64,000 nucleotides of DNA from the human T2T-CHM13v2.0 reference genome, Homo sapiens: assembly GCF_009914755.1 (NCBI RefSeq), contig NC_060926.1; one strand, 5' to 3'. The translations under genes were made by a program, and so were the position numbers. Below are positions 60,229 through 64,000 of the stretch, piece by piece. How positions within the stretch are numbered: the stretch's first letter is position 1; every line of letters begins with the position of its first letter. The notes below the pieces were generated by a model, which was not told where the DNA came from, made no database searches, and saw only the letters and a list, made by a program, of their open reading frames with translations.

Positions 60229-60438
60229 AAGTCATAGTCCTGAGATACTGGGCTGTAAGGTCTCTCCCCTCTTCTACTTTCTTTGGCTGCCCTGCATCCT
60301 AATAATTTTAGGGGAGGTACTTTAGCTTCTTTCATCTATACAACTTCTTGAGTAATAAATGGAAGATAGGACATTATTATTAAAAAATTGGTTACCTCCT
60401 CATTCATCTTTTTTCAAAGCTCTTAAGAACGAAAACAC

Positions 60439-60743
60439 TTTTTTTTTTTTTTTTTTTTTTTGGTGACAGGTCTCACTCTGTCACTCAGGCTGGAGTGCAA
60501 TGGCATAATCATGGCTCACTGAAGCCTCAATCTTCCAGGCTCAAGTGATCCTCCCACTTCAGCCTCCCAAGTAGCTGGGACTACAGGCATGCACCACCAT
60601 GCCTGGCTAATTACTGCATTTTTGTGTAGAGACAGGGTTTCACCATGTTGCCCAGGCTGGTCTCAACTCCTGAGCTCAAGCGATTGGCCCACCTGGGTCT
60701 CTCAAAGTGCTGGGATTAGAAGCATGTGCCACTGTGCCCAGCC
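60439..60743 (-). mobile_element. AluJ
   Basis: Full dimer, long T tract. Confidence 0.93.
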
Positions 60744-61035
60744 CTGAAATACTATATTTTATCCTTATAGTTGATAAAGCCTTCTTTATTTATAATTAAT
60801 AAAGCTCTTCATAATTATCATTCTGTGTCTTCTATGGAATAGAGGACATTCAGTATTTTTCTTGAAATAATTTAGCATTCATTTGAATTCATCCCTTAGT
60901 CTTATTTTCTAGGTTAAAAACCCCAAATTATTTTCATCTTTATTCATGTGTTCTATTATTAAAATAATTATTATTGTGGCTTTTTCTTTGTGATAAAGTG
61001 TGGTGATAAAAGTTAGATATAAGATTCTAAAAGAA

Positions 61036-61205
61036 GCCAGTGTGGTGGCTCGTGCCTGTAGTCTCAGCAATTTGGGATGCTGAAGTGGGAGGACCACTTC
61101 AGCCTGGGAGATCAAGGCTGCAGCGAGTCGTGATCACCCACTGCACTCCAGCCTGGACGACAGAGTGAAACCCTCTTTCAAAAATTTTAAAAAGAAAAAA
61201 AAAGA
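61036..61205 (+). mobile_element. FRAM-like Alu monomer
   Basis: Single monomer with A-tail. Confidence 0.8.
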
Positions 61206-61687
61206 AATCATATCACAGGTCTGATATGTTCTTTTTGTATTTTTCTATTATACATCAAAATAAGTATATTCCCATTAATACAGAAAATGTTCATGAATCA
61301 TCTGAAATTATCTTATGTACCGCCTGTGGTACTCATGACAGACAATAAGAAATTCACTTTATTTTGGTTTTGTGTCTCAATCACTTTAGACAATGAGTAG
61401 ATACATCCAAAGTAATGGACAGATCAGACTCATATGGGCATCTTTATTACACTACACAGTTCCACACTCCATCCCCCAAATATGAGTTTCCAGGATTGGT
61501 GGAAAGTTTGTTTGGAAAATTTCCTTAGTTATTTGCCAATATAATGAACAGACCTGTGACTTCTCAAGACTCACTCTGAGTGTAGCATCCCTGGAATAGC
61601 ATTCCAATCTCATTGGCCTGCAAAGCCCATGTCTGTCTGGCTCAGAAAGGAGGTGATCATATGCAATCTTAAGTGTCAAACACAATC

Positions 61688-61996
61688 TTTCTTTTTTTTT
61701 TGAGACAAGGTCTTACTTTGTCACTCAGGCTGGAGTACAGTGACACAATGATGGCTCACTACAGCTTCAAACTCCCTGGGCTCAGATGATCCTCCTGCCT
61801 CAGCCCCCCAAGTAGCTGGGACTACAGGCATGTGCCCCACACCCGGCTAATTTTTGGGTTTCTTTTTCTTATTTTTTGTTTTTGTAGAGAGAGGGTTTCA
61901 TCATGTTGCCTGGGCTAGCCTAGAACTCCTGGGCTCAAGCGATCTGCCTGCCTTGGTCTCCTTTGCTGATTACAGGCGTGAGCCACCATGCCTGGC
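61688..61996 (-). mobile_element. AluJ
   Basis: TSD aacacaatctt. Confidence 0.93.
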
Positions 61997-62199
61997 AACA
62001 CAATCTTAAGTGTCACTGAAACTTAATATTTCACTTGTGTTCACTTTAGAAAAAAATATGTAACACACAAGGAAATGATATTAGTTGCATATAAATTGCT
62101 TCCCTCCCCCAATCCCACATACTGGTTACTATGAATTTTGAGTTCTGCTACTAACTACATTACCTTTCCCATGTAACATATCCTCATTGAGTTTCATTT

Positions 62200-62700
62200 T
62201 ACTAAGCGTGAATGAAGAGTTTGAAAGCATGCAAAAAAGGATAGCTAACTCTAGAGGAAAAAATGTGCCCAAGTCATGAATTGGCATATCAGAAAAGAAA
62301 AAATATAAATGGCCAACAAATATGAAACACATTCAATCTTATTAGTAATTAGAAATATGCAAATTAAAACAATATATCACTCTATTTTCATTAGATTATC
62401 AAAAATAAACAAGTCTAACAACACTGTTAGTGATGGCACAAAGTAATCAGATATTTTGAACATCACATTGGAATACAATTTGGTACTATCTAGTAAAATT
62501 GACATGTCTGTCTTAGAATCTAGCCATTTTACTTCTAGGTATATATTCTTGAGAATCTCTTGATCTGACACACCAGGGGACACACAGAATATTCATAGCA
62601 GCATTGTTCATAATAGCAAAAAATTGGAAACAACCCAAATGTCCATCAACTGGAGAATAGATAAATAGTGACAGCCATGTAACAATGAAAAGTCTGGAGA
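62200..62700 (+). mobile_element. L1ME-type fragment
   Basis: agaatattcatagcagcattgttcataatagcaaaaaattggaaacaacccaaatgtccatcaac. Confidence 0.8.
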
Positions 62701-62856
62701 AGAGAGATGCACAGACAATAGAAATCTGCAAGTCTTCAGCACGTAGATGGTAATTCAGACTTTAAGCCTGAAAGAAATAATCCATGGAGCCCTGTAGCGT
62801 GAGAAGAGAAATGGGTGAAGAGTGACAGAGGAAGAGGGGCTGAGATATTCTTCTCA

Positions 62857-63414
<558 letters not shown>

Positions 63415-64000
63415 CTATATATTTTATTCACTTTACTAGAATATAGTAAATTAAATTCTAGAGCCTTCTTGAAAACAGAGGTTATGCTTCTTGCCCAGTA
63501 GTAACTTGAATATATACTCTGGATTCTGATTTACCCACTATATGGTGTTCTTTCCTTGTAGATGCTAAGGCAATTCTTCATTGAATTATTGGATCAAACA
63601 GTTGAAGAAAACTAAGGAAACTACTTGAAGAGATTACATTTTATTGACACCAGGGACAGATTACATCACCAAAAAAAAAAAAAAAATTTTATGGCAATAT
63701 CAGTAGTGCCTTTTAAATTAAATGACAAATTGGAAGTGTTTAACAACATATGGTTGCTTTTCCTTGACATATATGATTAAGAATATATCTCTTTATCAAA
63801 ATGTAAAATACCATCTGGCAGAAGTAACAATTATTCTATTGGCCTTATACATTAACTTAATTCACTGTACTTTAATATGTAAATATTTTCCTATTTTTTC
63901 TTTTTCTTTTGCTGGATCTATATTTATTTATAATACTCAAAAACTATGTAACTCAAAAAACATAATTAAATATGACAAAGCTGATTTTAATTTTTGAACA

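Overview
Human (primate) genomic DNA, AT-rich and mostly non-coding. I found no recognisable exon of a known cellular protein, and no rRNA, tRNA or CRISPR array. The first ~14 kb holds two CpG islands (~1-2150 and ~6980-7520) with dense T-box/SOX/POU/homeodomain motif clusters and almost no transposons. From recollection only, this layout resembles the TANK-PSMD14 interval near TBR1 on 2q24.2 (forebrain enhancer plus lncRNA); BLAT is needed to confirm. The rest carries about 35 Alu elements or fragments, a full-length disabled L1PA5-like LINE-1 (48487-54620), a twin-primed 5'-inverted L1, MaLR/ERVL LTRs, DNA-transposon relics and one strong CTCF site. Three things are not explained by ordinary repeats. 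(1) An Alu-bounded, CpG-retaining ~4.5 kb cassette (40.5-45.2 kb) has a DUX4-type site and a correctly spaced CCAAT/GC/TATA/Inr promoter, followed by an intact 358-aa Ser/Pro-rich ORF with an internal 49-aa repeat; it is a candidate multi-copy early-embryo or germline gene. (2) A ~185-nt hairpin at 28328-28511 has arms that each carry FOX and T-box sites. (3) A tail-to-tail inverted Alu pair lies <10 bp apart in a palindromic target (58.5-59.1 kb). Repeat subfamily calls and boundaries were made by eye and are approximate.
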